Shown: positions 31,726-43,056, counted from the first letter of the stretch. The stretch is DNA of 64,000 bases from Histomonas meleagridis 2922-C6/04-290x (GCA_020184695.1 JAANOX010000029.1:124001-188000); one strand, 5' to 3'. The notes: a model not told the origin generated them from the letters alone. Translations and numbers: made by a program.

Positions 31726-32607
31726 TTACTTTCTATAGAGTGACCAAATTGCTATACCTCTATCATCACCTCCACTTGCGAGCAAACCATCTTGAGCAAA
31801 CGCAACGGTGTGTATTCCTCCTCTATGGTGCTTTAACACTGCCAATGGTATCTTTTTCTTCGCATCGAACAATCGAACTCTTCCATCCCATCCAGCAGTC
31901 GCCCAAATTCTCCCATCGCATCGTATGGCAATGTCATCAACGCCCGCATGCGGCATCTCGTAGAAAACGCTTTTTCCTGTTGGCGTAACTTCATAAACTT
32001 CTTTTTGACTACTTCCTACAACACATTTGTTTTCATTCACAGTAGCTAATGATATAATTGGATCTTTGAGCTTCATTTCATGTGACCAAACTGGTTCGGC
32101 TGTATTTCGTGAATCATAAACAACAACTGTGGAATCTTCAAGAGCGAGGCTAAAATATTCGTTGAAAACAGAAATATCCATAATCATCCCATGGTTTTTA
32201 TAATCAAGAATAGGAAAATGTGTACCTTGATTTGTATCATATACATAAACACGCCCATTAAATGCATCTGCAAATAAGAGATCTGTGCCTTGAAGTCGAC
32301 ACCCGGCAAAACCTGCTGTGATTCCTGTACTAATTTCTTTGATGAGCTGACCATTCATATCATATGAAAAAATTCGGCCAAGTCTGGAATTAACATAGAT
32401 TGTTTTATCATTGGCTACTGCACGAAGAAACCCATCATCATTTTCCTCTGATTTATGAAGAGTTGATATAATTCTTCTGGATTGAATGTCCCAAATAAAA
32501 AGTTCACATCCGCTGGAAGCAGAAATAAGGCGATCAGGGATGAAACACAATGAAGTGACAGAGGATTTATGCCCTCGCAAAACTGCTACGGGAGGTGGAG
32601 GTTGCAT
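31726..32607 (-). CDS. GNB1L: WD40 protein, GNB1L/Asa1-like
   Basis: PVAVLRGH at the N-terminus. RCDGRIWATAGWDGRVRLF..PLAVLKHH..LASGGDDRGIAIWSLY matches the recalled GNB1L C-terminus. Confidence 0.8.
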   Translation of the reverse strand: MQPPPPVAVLRGHKSSVTSLCFIPDRLISASSGCELFIWDIQSRRIISTLHKSEENDDGFLRAVANDKTIYVNSRLGRIFSYDMNGQLIKEISTGITAGFAGCRLQGTDLLFADAFNGRVYVYDTNQGTHFPILDYKNHGMIMDISVFNEYFSLALEDSTVVVYDSRNTAEPVWSHEMKLKDPIISLATVNENKCVVGSSQKEVYEVTPTGKSVFYEMPHAGVDDIAIRCDGRIWATAGWDGRVRLFDAKKKIPLAVLKHHRGGIHTVAFAQDGLLASGGDDRGIAIWSLYRK

Positions 32608-32786
32608 TTTATCCGACCATTTATCCGCTTAAATACTTCTTCTTGGTAATCCGCAGAACAAACAAATTTCACGTGAAAAAGAATTTGTTCTTTTACTATT
32701 ACAAGCAAGGTGTTCATTTTTTTTCATTGAAAAAAGTTTATAAATATCATTATGAAATTTTATTGAATAATTTAAACTCAAACCAT

Positions 32787-33212
32787 TTACTTGCGCTTGT
32801 TTCCTTTTCCTTTGTTTGGCTTGTTGAATTTTTTGTTTGGCTTTTCGAATTTTTTATTAAAAGGTTTATCAAGTTTTTGACTCTTTTTATTTTCATTCCC
32901 ACCTTTTTCATTTCTCTTTGTTTCTGCGTTTTTGTTTTCAGCTTTGCTTCTTTGAGTTGCTTCTTTTCTTAATTTTTTATAATTTTCTTTTGCAACTTCA
33001 ATTTTTCCTTTTTCCTTTGGAGCAGATGGTCCTGCTTCTGGGTCAATTTCCTCTTGTTTGTTTACTGCTTTTGGTTGTTTTTTATCAGAATTCTTTTTCT
33101 CTTTTTTGACAACTGGCTTTGGATCATCTTTTGTATCATCAATAAGAGTTTTCATTAATTTGTAATCTGCTAAATTACAAATGTCTGTGAAGTACTGAAG
33201 CTTTTCTTCCAT
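32787..33212 (-). CDS. Lysine-rich hypothetical protein
   Basis: 141-aa ORF with ATG and TAA; divergent from 33314; basic low-complexity C-terminus. Confidence 0.65.
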   Translation of the reverse strand: MEEKLQYFTDICNLADYKLMKTLIDDTKDDPKPVVKKEKKNSDKKQPKAVNKQEEIDPEAGPSAPKEKGKIEVAKENYKKLRKEATQRSKAENKNAETKRNEKGGNENKKSQKLDKPFNKKFEKPNKKFNKPNKGKGNKRK

Positions 33213-33313
33213 TTTTTTGCTCGACCAGTACTAATTGACAATTTTCAATTTGAGAAAAAAAGATGTGACGAATTAAAATTAATTCAATTATTTAACTATG
33301 TTTGTTCAAATAT

Positions 33314-33745
33314 ATGGAAAACCAACGCAAGCTGAGAGATCATGTTCAGCTTTTACAGACTATGTTTCAGGACCAACTTCAGGCAATGACGAATGTCATT
33401 GGTAATATACAAAATTTTGCACATATTGATCCCAAAGATTTTCCACCAGGAATTGCATATACAAGAGATCAAATTCCAAAAGATGCACAATCTATTATAG
33501 AGAAAGCTCTTATTATAGATAAACTCATTGATGAAGCCAATGAAACTACATATTTAGGCAAACCCATGGCTGAAATCCTTGAATTGTTGGTACTTGAGTC
33601 CAACGAATATGAAGAAAAACTATCGGAACTTGATGAATACAAGATCAAAGGTGAGAGGTGGCTCGAAAAGATCCATCAAATGATGGGCTTTTTAACATCC
33701 AATACTCCTTGGTACAATGATTTTAGTGAAGAAGAATCCGAATAA
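33314..33745 (+). CDS. Mediator subunit Med21 (Srb7)-like
   Basis: DHVQLLQ..QAMTNVIGNIQ, AQSIIEKALIIDKLID and KGERWLEKIHQMM parallel the recalled Med21 DRLTQLQ..FCNAIGVLQ, AALIARTAKDIDVLID and RGDMLLEKIQSAL. Confidence 0.65.
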   Translation: MENQRKLRDHVQLLQTMFQDQLQAMTNVIGNIQNFAHIDPKDFPPGIAYTRDQIPKDAQSIIEKALIIDKLIDEANETTYLGKPMAEILELLVLESNEYEEKLSELDEYKIKGERWLEKIHQMMGFLTSNTPWYNDFSEEESE

Positions 33746-33812
33746 TTTTGATGAATATATTTATATAGAACATATTTTTTTTTTGATAAAATTTCGAAAA
33801 AAATTATTTTTT

Positions 33813-34394
33813 TTAGAAAATTATGACTGGCTTGCTTGGGTCCTCGACCTTTTCCACTTTTAAGTTCAGTCCGAAAACGGAACCAATTACAATTTGGAAC
33901 AGTTTCTTAACGTTAATTGAATGAGTGTTAGAACAATAAACCAGGGGTGCCCCAATAGCCGCTGCGAACTTCTTTGCTTTGTTTGTAATGGCAATTCTTT
34001 CTTGTTCGGGGAGCTCGAAGTATTTATCGAACTTATTGCCGACTAAAAAGACGCGTGCTGTTTGGTTGCATTGGTATGCTGCTTTGTACCAATCTCGAAG
34101 TGCTGTTAAGGATTTGATATTGGCTAAATCAAACATGAAAATCATGGCATGAGCTCCTTCACAGCAAATGTTAAGCATGTCCATAAAGTTCTTTTGACCA
34201 CCAATATCCCAGATGACAAGGTTAACTGGAGTGTTCTTAACTTTGATGGTACGCTCTAGAAATTGGACACCTAGTGTGGCAATGTAGTCTTCACTAAATG
34301 TGCCTTTGCAATACTTAACCATAAGTGAGGTCTTACCAACCATTGTACTACCAATAAGAGCGATTTTCACGGTGACAGTCCCTTCGGCTGACAT
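33813..34394 (-). CDS. Spg1/Tem1-family GTPase
   Basis: GSTMVGKTSLMVKY, EDYIATLGVQFLERTI, IWDIGGQ, IFMFDL, VGNKFD, YCSNTHSINVKKLF; no prenylation Cys. Confidence 0.9.
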   Translation of the reverse strand: MSAEGTVTVKIALIGSTMVGKTSLMVKYCKGTFSEDYIATLGVQFLERTIKVKNTPVNLVIWDIGGQKNFMDMLNICCEGAHAMIFMFDLANIKSLTALRDWYKAAYQCNQTARVFLVGNKFDKYFELPEQERIAITNKAKKFAAAIGAPLVYCSNTHSINVKKLFQIVIGSVFGLNLKVEKVEDPSKPVIIF

Positions 34395-34402
34395 TTCTTT
34401 TT

Positions 34403-34440
34403 GTCACTTTTAAAAGTGTCATTTGATCCGAAGTCACTTT
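34403..34440 (-). promoter_or_regulatory. Two AAAGTGAC motifs upstream of the Spg1/Tem1 gene
   Basis: GTCACTTT at 34403-34410 and 34433-34440, 8 and 38 nt upstream of the minus-strand ATG. Confidence 0.55.
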
Positions 34441-34729
34441 TTGAAAACTTCTTCAACGTGATTTTTTCTTTTTTGTTTAAGGCAACTAACAATTTGTGAA
34501 TATTCCTAAAAAATTAGTTTAAGGATGATGAATGTTATGAAATATTTGGAATTTGTCCATAAGATAATCAAAAATTAATAACAAATGAAAAAGAATCTAA
34601 AAATAAATAATACACTGGGCGTTCAGTCTTATGGCTATGATCTTTGTAGGAAACATTTCTTTCACCAACTTTTATGCTTTTTTTAAAGTTTTGCAAAAGC
34701 CATAAGCAAAAAGTGACACATTGGTTCTG

Positions 34730-35185
34730 ATGAACAGTGATGTGAGGATTGCCCGAGAAATAAAAGAATTAGCAACATCACCGCCAAGTGGAATTACTGC
34801 AAAACCATATCCAGACAACAATCGATATTTTGAAGCAAGAATTCTTGGACCTGTAAATTCTCCATATGAAGACGGATTATTTAAATTAGAAGTTTTCTTG
34901 CCAGATGGATATCCTATCACTCCACCAAAGGTTAGGTTTCTTACAAAAATATATCATCCAAATGTTGACAAAATTGGACGAATTTGCTTAGATATTTTGA
35001 AAAATAAGTGGACTCCTGTATTAAAAATATCAACAGTTTTATTATCAGTTCAATCACTACTTTCTGATCCAAACCCTGAAGATCCACTTGATACAAATGT
35101 TGCAAATCATTGGATTAAAAACAAAGCAGAAGCGGAAGAAACTGCCCGTAAATGGACTAAAGAGTATGCAAAGTTTACAGATTGA
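34730..35185 (+). CDS. UBC13: Ubiquitin-conjugating enzyme E2, Ubc13/UBE2N-like
   Basis: [30 protein letters not shown] with the active Cys; [16 protein letters not shown]. Confidence 0.9.
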   Translation: MNSDVRIAREIKELATSPPSGITAKPYPDNNRYFEARILGPVNSPYEDGLFKLEVFLPDGYPITPPKVRFLTKIYHPNVDKIGRICLDILKNKWTPVLKISTVLLSVQSLLSDPNPEDPLDTNVANHWIKNKAEAEETARKWTKEYAKFTD

Positions 35186-35271
35186 AGAATCTTTGTTTCG
35201 AATAAAATAGATTTTTTAATTTAAACGTCTTTTGCTTAACGTATTCCATATAATAAACGTCCTCTTATGTA

Positions 35272-36393
35272 ATGGCTGATTGTAGATCCACAGCAACCAT
35301 TGTCATTTTAATTGTTATACAATGGACATTAACTTCAATTTTCCCAGTATTTAATAAGGAGCTATTTTCTTTTGCTCCTTTTCCTTTGTTCCTAACTTTA
35401 TTACAAATGATTCTATCAATTCCAGAAGGATTACTTGCTGCATGGGTTAATTTAGGTTTCCCTAAATCAACAAGATGGCTAATTCCACCAAAAGAAATTA
35501 TTTGGCATCTTATCTTCTCTTCAATGACTTATGGAATCATGATGTGCTCCAATAATCTTGGTATATTTGTTTCAGATGTAGACTTCACTGTTATATTCAA
35601 AGTATCAGGTGTTGTTTGGCAAGGTCTTTTTGCTGCCATATTTTTAAAAGAAAAAATTACACTTTATTTTGTTGTATCAGTTTCATTTGTAATTGTAGGT
35701 ACTATTTTAATTTCTGCTAAGTTCCAATGGTCTACAGACAAAATGCCATCATTTGGACAATTTTTGTTACAATTTATTTCAATTATTTTCCAAACCTTTT
35801 CATCTGTTTCACTCAAAAAATCCATGAACATAATCGAAGGGAGTGAAAGAAGCATTTCATTATTAACATTTTTAGCATGGCGATATTTCATTGCCTGTAT
35901 TCCAATTACATTTTTCTCACTTTATCTCGAACCAGGCGCATGGATAAACATGGGGAAGATACTTACATCCCAAACCTGGTTATTTATTGTCGTTGGATCG
36001 ATCATTGGTGAAATTTTCCAATTAGTTAATTTATCTATCACTAAAAAGATATCAATGATTTCGGGTATAATATTAGCACAACTAAGGTTTGTTCCAACCC
36101 TTATCATTTCACACTTAATATATGGCGATACACAATGGACATTGCTCCAAATTTTCGGAACAATTTCATTATGTTTCGGAGCGTTTATTTATTCTTTTTC
36201 AGGATTTTTGCTCTCAGATAAACAAGACAAAAAGAAAAGACATCACAGACATCATCATCGACATCAAAAACAAGTTGAACAAGAATTACTTTCGATTGAA
36301 GAATCAAATAACGAAGAAAAAATCAAAATAAATGTTGAAGAGGAAGATGAAATAGAAAAACATTCCTCAAAAAGTAGTGATGAAGCTGAATAA
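35272..36393 (+). CDS. SLC35/triose-phosphate-type nucleotide-sugar transporter (DMT superfamily)
   Basis: About 10 TM segments; FNKELF..PFPLFLTLLQ and IFKVSGVVW..IFLKEK; His/acidic tail. Confidence 0.8.
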   Translation: MADCRSTATIVILIVIQWTLTSIFPVFNKELFSFAPFPLFLTLLQMILSIPEGLLAAWVNLGFPKSTRWLIPPKEIIWHLIFSSMTYGIMMCSNNLGIFVSDVDFTVIFKVSGVVWQGLFAAIFLKEKITLYFVVSVSFVIVGTILISAKFQWSTDKMPSFGQFLLQFISIIFQTFSSVSLKKSMNIIEGSERSISLLTFLAWRYFIACIPITFFSLYLEPGAWINMGKILTSQTWLFIVVGSIIGEIFQLVNLSITKKISMISGIILAQLRFVPTLIISHLIYGDTQWTLLQIFGTISLCFGAFIYSFSGFLLSDKQDKKKRHHRHHHRHQKQVEQELLSIEESNNEEKIKINVEEEDEIEKHSSKSSDEAE

Positions 36394-36704
36394 TGTATTT
36401 TAATATATGTAAAAATGTGTTTTGATTTTATATAATATTTTATACTTCTGTTTGAAATTAGTAATAAATGTGAACGTTCATTATTATTTATTATTAGTAT
36501 CAATTCATCGAAAAAAAGTATAAAGTGCTCTATCCTATTTTTATAAAAATTCACACAATTTTCATAGATATTAAGTATTTAAAGTCAAAAACCTATATCA
36601 TAAAAACATAAATATTTTTCTCTCAATTTTTCAATTTTTTCACGAATTTTTTTGAAATTTCATTTTTAGCTGAACCAAAAACCTTAATTACTCATTATTA
36701 AAGA

Positions 36705-39700
36705 ATGATATTCTGCTTAATATTAATTAATAAATGTTTAAGTTATTCAATATGCATTGGTACATCAAATGAGCAATGCAAAGAAACATATGCTGATAAA
36801 TTTTACGAAATCAAAGATTTTGATCCAGATGAATTGAATAGTGGTAGCACTTTATATGTTTATGGTGATGCTAGTTCCGTAAAAATTTCTTTTGTTAATG
36901 CTCCACTAGAATTTGAAATCATAGGAATTTCTGGTAAAGACAATATTGAACCTATAATTACATTTGACATTGGAAACATTAACGCTATAAATACCATTAA
37001 ATTAAGAAATATTGTCATTATAAGTGTGTCTGAAATTGTTTCATGCGTTAAAATGGATATGAATAATGTTATTTTTAAGAAAGGTAATCAAATATCAAAA
37101 TGTGTACTTGATTCTACTTTTACTGTTAGTGATTCAAAATCGCTTATTTATTTTGATTCTATTACTTCTGCAAATTTCATCTTAACAAGCATTGATAAAG
37201 ATATTACTTCTGATATTACAATAAACATCGAACATTTTCAAACTACTTACCTAACGCCAACTTTCTTTATTGGACCTAGAATTACTATTTCAAAAGATAT
37301 CAAAGAAAATGCTGAAATAATTCTTTCTGCTTATTCATTTTCAATCAAACCATACAATGGGAATAATAAAATTTCTTTTAAAACAAAATATTCATTCACA
37401 AAAGTATATTTCAAAGATATCACTTCTAAATATACATTTATTCAAAAAGAAAAATTTGGTTTTCATGAATCATTTCTTTTTGATTTAAAGCTTAATGGAG
37501 GAATAGTTTCTTTTCCAAATGATTTCCAAAAGTCATTATCATTTGGAATGCCTTCAAATAAAGTGTTAGGTCCAATTTTCAATATTATACAAAAAGAAAA
37601 GTCAACAATTGAAATTGGAGGATTAAATGTTCCTGCTTTAATTGCAAATATTGGTAGTGCTGGAATTAATATAATAACAACATCAAGAGAATGTGGAATA
37701 ACAAATAGTTTGATATTAAAATCATCAAGTAACTCAATAAATTCTCAAATCACAGAACCTATAATTTTTTATGCAAATGAAGTTAAAAATTTGGAATTAA
37801 ATTCTGATTTAAATTCTAATAATCAGTTAACTTTAATGGTTTCTTATTTAGACATACCAATCTCTTCTTCAAAAAATGTGAAAACCAAATCTATGAATAT
37901 TAATATTTTAAGTAATAAAAACAAAGAATCTAATTACTTTGACTTAATTTCCGGAGGTACTATAACATTAGAAATCAAAATTGAGAAGACTGGTAAAATA
38001 ATATTACCTAATATTAATTATAAAGCTGAAATTCCTTATGATTCACATAACTTAAAATATAATTTAAACATAAATTTAAATATGGATAAATCAATTCATT
38101 TTGAAGAGTTAAAGAAAAAAATTAATATTCCTTTAAATCTCATGTGCGCAAATAAAATTCCTCAAAATGCATTTAATTATAATTTTATAAATGAGGATGC
38201 TGATGAATTTAAGGAAATTACAGAATTCAAAATTGAACATATTAACAATCAAGATTGCATTCAAATGATTATGAAAAGTCTTCCTGCTTCTATTCCTGAA
38301 AAATATTGTTATGGTTCAAAATGTAATGTTAACAATAATGATTATGTTCCTGTAAAACTCACTGAAATTACAAATCCAAAAAGTATAATACATAAAGGAA
38401 CAAAGAAAATAAACTTTTTATTTAATGAATCATTAAAAGATTCAATAAAATTATCTGAATTACCAAATATCAATACTGAAATATCAATAACATCATTGAT
38501 AAAAAATGAATTAACCATTGATATAGATCAAACTGATATTCAACATATTAAAAAACTTAGAATTGAAAATTGTTCTTTAGATATTAATTTTAAAAATATA
38601 ATATCTAATAAAGATATTGAAATGAAGATTCCATATGTAGAACTTATTAACAATACTATCAAAGGAAAACTTTATGAAGATAATGTTTTGTTTCTAGGAA
38701 AAGAAGTTTTTCTTGATTTTAAAACTTTTGGATCACTTACAAAATCAGTGTATAATAATTTAGGATTACAATCTACATATCCAATGTCTATTCAGTTTAA
38801 CGATAATGATATTAATATTGGGACGAATTTAATTAAGAAAGAAAAACATAAAGGAATTATTGAATATCAAATTTTAACAGATTCATTAAATAATAATGAA
38901 GTCACTCTTTCTCAAAATAGTGTTAAATTTGATGGATTCATCTTAAATACTCAAGCATTAAACAAAGAATTAACTTTGAATTTTAAAGGAAATTGGGAAA
39001 ATTCAAAATTTACTAAACCTTTAATAATTAAAGGAAATAATCTTAAATTTGTAGATATTACAAATAATATAAAGTTATCATTAAATGAGGTAAATGATGC
39101 TTCTTTTTCTTTTAAATATGATAATATTAATTATTTATTAAATGATCCAATTACAATAAATTGTAATAATGAGAAATTCTCTTATCGTGCAAATAATGGA
39201 ATTATTAAATATACTGAAATTAATTTTATAAAATGTAATAATATTGAATCAAGCTTTATGGAAAATTCAAAAATTAATAACAAATTAATTACTAATAATA
39301 TTAATGTAATGGAATCTGATGAAATAATATTTGGAGATTTAATTATTGGTAAAAAATTATCACTTAAAAATACCAAAACATTAAAATCTAATTATATTGA
39401 TATAAAAAATGGAATTGTTGAAATTAATTATTCATTCGGTTCATTCCCTTTAATTTTAACCAGAAATGGAATGACAACTCCAAAAGAAATTATATTAAGA
39501 TATGAAGGTAAAGATAAAATTACAGATGACTTGCTTAATTCAATAAGCTTTGTCTATTGTGCAAAGAGAAAAATATTTTCTATACAAAATTGTAATTCAT
39601 ATAAAAAATTAGTTACATTTAAATCAGATAATCCAGAACTTAATGGAAAAAATTCAAGAATAAAACCATTTTGTACATCTTACTTCCTTAAGGATGAAAG

Positions 39701-40031
39701 CGAATTGCAAAATTGTCTCGGCGTTATGATAACAGATGCACAACCAAATGAACCAGAAGTCCCTGATGAGCCTGATGTGCCTCAAGAACCAGATGAACCT
39801 GGAAAGAAAACTGAAGAACCAGAAAATCCTCCAAAAACAGATAAATCATCCAATATAACAAGTCAAATTACCAACAATAAAAAGGATCACAGCAAATTTT
39901 CAAGAGTTGGATTGATTGTGGGAATTATAGCAGCTCTTGCTGGGATAAGTGCCATTACAGGAGGTATAATCTTTTATATAAAAATGAAAAATGGAAATAA
40001 CTCAAATGAATTTATTGATACAAGTTTATAA
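36705..40031 (+). CDS. Large type I membrane (surface) protein
   Basis: Short signal-like N-terminus followed by ICIGT; Ile/Asn-rich ectodomain; PEVPDEPDVPQEPDEP linker; TM VGLIVGIIAALAGISAITGGIIFYI. Confidence 0.8.
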   Translation: MIFCLILINKCLSYSICIGTSNEQCKETYADKFYEIKDFDPDELNSGSTLYVYGDASSVKISFVNAPLEFEIIGISGKDNIEPIITFDIGNINAINTIKLRNIVIISVSEIVSCVKMDMNNVIFKKGNQISKCVLDSTFTVSDSKSLIYFDSITSANFILTSIDKDITSDITINIEHFQTTYLTPTFFIGPRITISKDIKENAEIILSAYSFSIKPYNGNNKISFKTKYSFTKVYFKDITSKYTFIQKEKFGFHESFLFDLKLNGGIVSFPNDFQKSLSFGMPSNKVLGPIFNIIQKEKSTIEIGGLNVPALIANIGSAGINIITTSRECGITNSLILKSSSNSINSQITEPIIFYANEVKNLELNSDLNSNNQLTLMVSYLDIPISSSKNVKTKSMNINILSNKNKESNYFDLISGGTITLEIKIEKTGKIILPNINYKAEIPYDSHNLKYNLNINLNMDKSIHFEELKKKINIPLNLMCANKIPQNAFNYNFINEDADEFKEITEFKIEHINNQDCIQMIMKSLPASIPEKYCYGSKCNVNNNDYVPVKLTEITNPKSIIHKGTKKINFLFNESLKDSIKLSELPNINTEISITSLIKNELTIDIDQTDIQHIKKLRIENCSLDINFKNIISNKDIEMKIPYVELINNTIKGKLYEDNVLFLGKEVFLDFKTFGSLTKSVYNNLGLQSTYPMSIQFNDNDINIGTNLIKKEKHKGIIEYQILTDSLNNNEVTLSQNSVKFDGFILNTQALNKELTLNFKGNWENSKFTKPLIIKGNNLKFVDITNNIKLSLNEVNDASFSFKYDNINYLLNDPITINCNNEKFSYRANNGIIKYTEINFIKCNNIESSFMENSKINNKLITNNINVMESDEIIFGDLIIGKKLSLKNTKTLKSNYIDIKNGIVEINYSFGSFPLILTRNGMTTPKEIILRYEGKDKITDDLLNSISFVYCAKRKIFSIQNCNSYKKLVTFKSDNPELNGKNSRIKPFCTSYFLKDESELQNCLGVMITDAQPNEPEVPDEPDVPQEPDEPGKKTEEPENPPKTDKSSNITSQITNNKKDHSKFSRVGLIVGIIAALAGISAITGGIIFYIKMKNGNNSNEFIDTSL

Positions 40032-40337
40032 AAACTTTTTTTAGAAAATGCATTTATAATTTTTATAAACATAATAATATTCTCATAATTCCACAAACTC
40101 GTTTACACATAAAAATTGAATAACAATGTGATACATATTTTTTTTTGAAATTATGATGATTTTAATAATCTCTTGTATAATTACGTTCAGTAGTTATGTT
40201 TTCTTTCTTAGATATGAAGCTATAAATGTGTTACATTAGATATCTTTTTTGTCAATTTATTTTTTGAACGTAAATAATAATGCAACGAATATTTTCATTC
40301 AAATTTTCTTTGTCAGTAATTTTGCCAAATAATTATC

Positions 40338-40688
40338 ATGAAAGGAGGCAGGTCCAAGAAGGAACATTATGAAATGCATCCTGAGGCAAGAAAAAAGTAT
40401 GAAAGACGCGACGAAAGGGACTATCCAGATCCTAGAATGAGACCAAGCAAAGCAATGCTGAATAAAATGGATAATCCAATCGAAATGGAATATTATGATT
40501 ATTATGATCAAGAAGGGTACATGAGCATGAAAAGTTTAAAGAAGAAGCCAACACGAATGGAAGATCTTATTCCATTTTTCGAAATTGATTATTCATTACC
40601 AAAACAAATATTCACTGCAAAGGAACCAGAAGAAGCATCTCTCGCTGCAGATGGACAACAAAAACCAAAGGCAAAACAAGCTAAATAA
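40338..40688 (+). CDS. Hypothetical protein
   Basis: 116-aa ORF, GC-richer than its flanks, ending in TAAA; no family recognised. Confidence 0.6.
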   Translation: MKGGRSKKEHYEMHPEARKKYERRDERDYPDPRMRPSKAMLNKMDNPIEMEYYDYYDQEGYMSMKSLKKKPTRMEDLIPFFEIDYSLPKQIFTAKEPEEASLAADGQQKPKAKQAK

Positions 40689-40791
40689 ATTGTCGAACTA
40701 ATAATTTTTATTTTAAATTGTTGAAACAGCCAATGCGCTCATTATCACTCCCACACCGACGACAACATCAATTTTTTTTTTTTTTAATATT

Positions 40792-41775
40792 TCAGTATTT
40801 TTCTTCATCAGATTTAAATACATTTTTTGGTTTCTCAATAAATCCAATTAAAACAGCAAGTGCAATTAGGGTAAGCCCAATAACAGAGATTGAAATTTCC
40901 CATGAGCTATATGAATTCCATTCTTTAAGCCAAAAAATTCCAAGAATTACCCCAACAATTATTTGACCGAAACATACAAAGTTTGCGCCACCTGCACCAA
41001 GTTCTTTAATAAGAAACATCATACATTGAATAGATATTCCAGAAGCAAAAATTCCTAATATTAGAAGCCATATCCAATCAATAACATCTGCTCTAACTGC
41101 ACATTTATGCATATTATGAGGACCAGTACAAATTAGAGTAAAAATCAAACAAAAAATAAAAGAACTTAAATTTTGGATCAATGAACTTATGGTTATATCA
41201 ACAAGTGGCGTTTTGTATTTTAAAAATACTGCAGCAGCACCAAAAAGAGACATACCCATAAAAATTAAAACATAACTTATAATGGTATCATTTGTTGTGT
41301 TTGGTGGTTTTGTGAAAGAAGGAATTGCATTAAAAGAAACACCAATGAATGCACATCCTAAAGCAGAAAATTTAAATCTGTTGAGTTTTTCATCAGCAAA
41401 TAAAAAATGGGAAAAAATTTGTGAAACAATTGTCGTGAGTGGTCTTGAAATCTGAATAATTGCTGATTGACACCATTGTAATGCAACAGCAATTAATGTA
41501 TGTGGAATACCAAGGTTAATAAGTCCTCCAATTAATAAATATATATTAATCATTTTGAAATTTAAATGAGATTTTACTTTATTAAAATAATCTCTTTCGA
41601 ATAAGCAGCGAAATATTAATATAATTAAACAAAAACAAAATCCAAATAATATCCTGTACATTACAACCAACTCAGGTGTGAAAGATCTTAATGCTAATGA
41701 AGATAATGCTGAAGAAGCTCCAAACGAAACAGTACAAACAATAAATGAAATTGCAATAGTAAGACTGCATTTCAT
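40792..41775 (-). CDS. EamA/DMT family transporter
   Basis: About 10 TM segments; FTPELVVMYRILFG, GLINLGIPHTL, FLFADEKLN, LIKELGAGGANF, GIFWLKE. Confidence 0.8.
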   Translation of the reverse strand: MKCSLTIAISFIVCTVSFGASSALSSLALRSFTPELVVMYRILFGFCFCLIILIFRCLFERDYFNKVKSHLNFKMINIYLLIGGLINLGIPHTLIAVALQWCQSAIIQISRPLTTIVSQIFSHFLFADEKLNRFKFSALGCAFIGVSFNAIPSFTKPPNTTNDTIISYVLIFMGMSLFGAAAVFLKYKTPLVDITISSLIQNLSSFIFCLIFTLICTGPHNMHKCAVRADVIDWIWLLILGIFASGISIQCMMFLIKELGAGGANFVCFGQIIVGVILGIFWLKEWNSYSSWEISISVIGLTLIALAVLIGFIEKPKNVFKSDEEKY

Positions 41776-42048
41776 ATTAAATGCATTTCCAACTTATATT
41801 TTTTAATTACAATCGTATGCTTAACTTTTTCATTAATCATCTAAGAAATCTTAAGGTTTTCTATAATTTTTGATTAGTTTAATATTAATTGAGTAGTGCT
41901 TTTAATCAAATTATATAATTATTTTTGAACGAGTGCATCTTAATATATATAATAATAATTCAAGTTATTTCATGTTCAAATATTAGTTAATTCACTTAAT
42001 TTAATAAAGAACATTATAATTTTATAACATTTATTATTATATTCTATT

Positions 42049-43056
42049 TCATATCAAAGTTTTTTTGAACAAGTTCAACAAGTTCAATTTCATATTTAAT
42101 TGATCTTTAGCTTTTCGTGACATTCTTTTACTTTCGAATATCTTTTTTGTCACGTTCAGTAAGCCCTCCAAAGCTTCTTTTCCATTCTCTACGATCTTAT
42201 TCATTACGTTTGACAAAAAGCATTTCTCAGGAATATTCTTTTTGACCCATTCCATTTGTTGCTTTTTTGTCGAATTATTAATGATTTCAGAAAAACTCAC
42301 AATATTTTCCTCATCAATTTCATTAATACCGGCTGAATCAAGTAATGTGCCGTCCACACTTCGAAATGTGCCACAAAAATCATTTATGGAAAAAACCGCT
42401 TCTTCGACGGTTTCGAATCGTGATGAGTATTTAACTCTCTCATTAGAAAAGAAGGCAACAGGAAACAGATTTTCGATTTCATTGTAACATATGTTAAAGT
42501 ATTCCTTACAGTCAATAAATCCAAAGTTAACATTTTTGTCGCCAGAAAATATCTTTGCAACTTTGCGCATTAATATTCGAAAGTCTTTAGTGCTTCGATA
42601 CCAAGTATTTCCAAATATTAAAATATTACATTCACTGGTGTTAATGAACGAATAATATGAAATTGGATTAATTCTATGGATATGGGAATGTGAAAAATTT
42701 CGATAATACGATTGAGTTTCAATAAAATCTGTAATTGAGTCTGCTGTTCTTGGAAGTGTATATTGAATATATGTTTGATTTTGAAATTCTGGAAAATATA
42801 AAAATGTAGGAAGCCCGATTATTGAAAATTTGTCGCAAACCCACGAAAAAACATCACAGTTGATGTTCAAAAAATGAATGTTTTTAAATCTTTTTGCAGC
42901 TTTGGAAAAATGTGATTGAACATATTTTGAAAAAAATGATGTTGGTGAATAAAAATTTGCAAAGACAGTGTCATTAGATAAAATCAACTTATCCCAAATT
43001 TCTCGTGTTAAATTCAATTCTATAGAAAGAAAATGATGAAAAAACAACGAAAGCAT
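42049..43056 (-). CDS. PDI/ERp29-like thioredoxin-fold protein lacking CXXC
   Basis: Signal-like MLSLFFHHFLS; VFANFYSPTSFFSK...INCD...VCDKFSIIGLPTF; second Trx-like domain; ERp29-C-like GTLLDSAG...KLNLLNLF. Confidence 0.7.
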   Translation of the reverse strand: MLSLFFHHFLSIELNLTREIWDKLILSNDTVFANFYSPTSFFSKYVQSHFSKAAKRFKNIHFLNINCDVFSWVCDKFSIIGLPTFLYFPEFQNQTYIQYTLPRTADSITDFIETQSYYRNFSHSHIHRINPISYYSFINTSECNILIFGNTWYRSTKDFRILMRKVAKIFSGDKNVNFGFIDCKEYFNICYNEIENLFPVAFFSNERVKYSSRFETVEEAVFSINDFCGTFRSVDGTLLDSAGINEIDEENIVSFSEIINNSTKKQQMEWVKKNIPEKCFLSNVMNKIVENGKEALEGLLNVTKKIFESKRMSRKAKDQLNMKLNLLNLFKKTLI

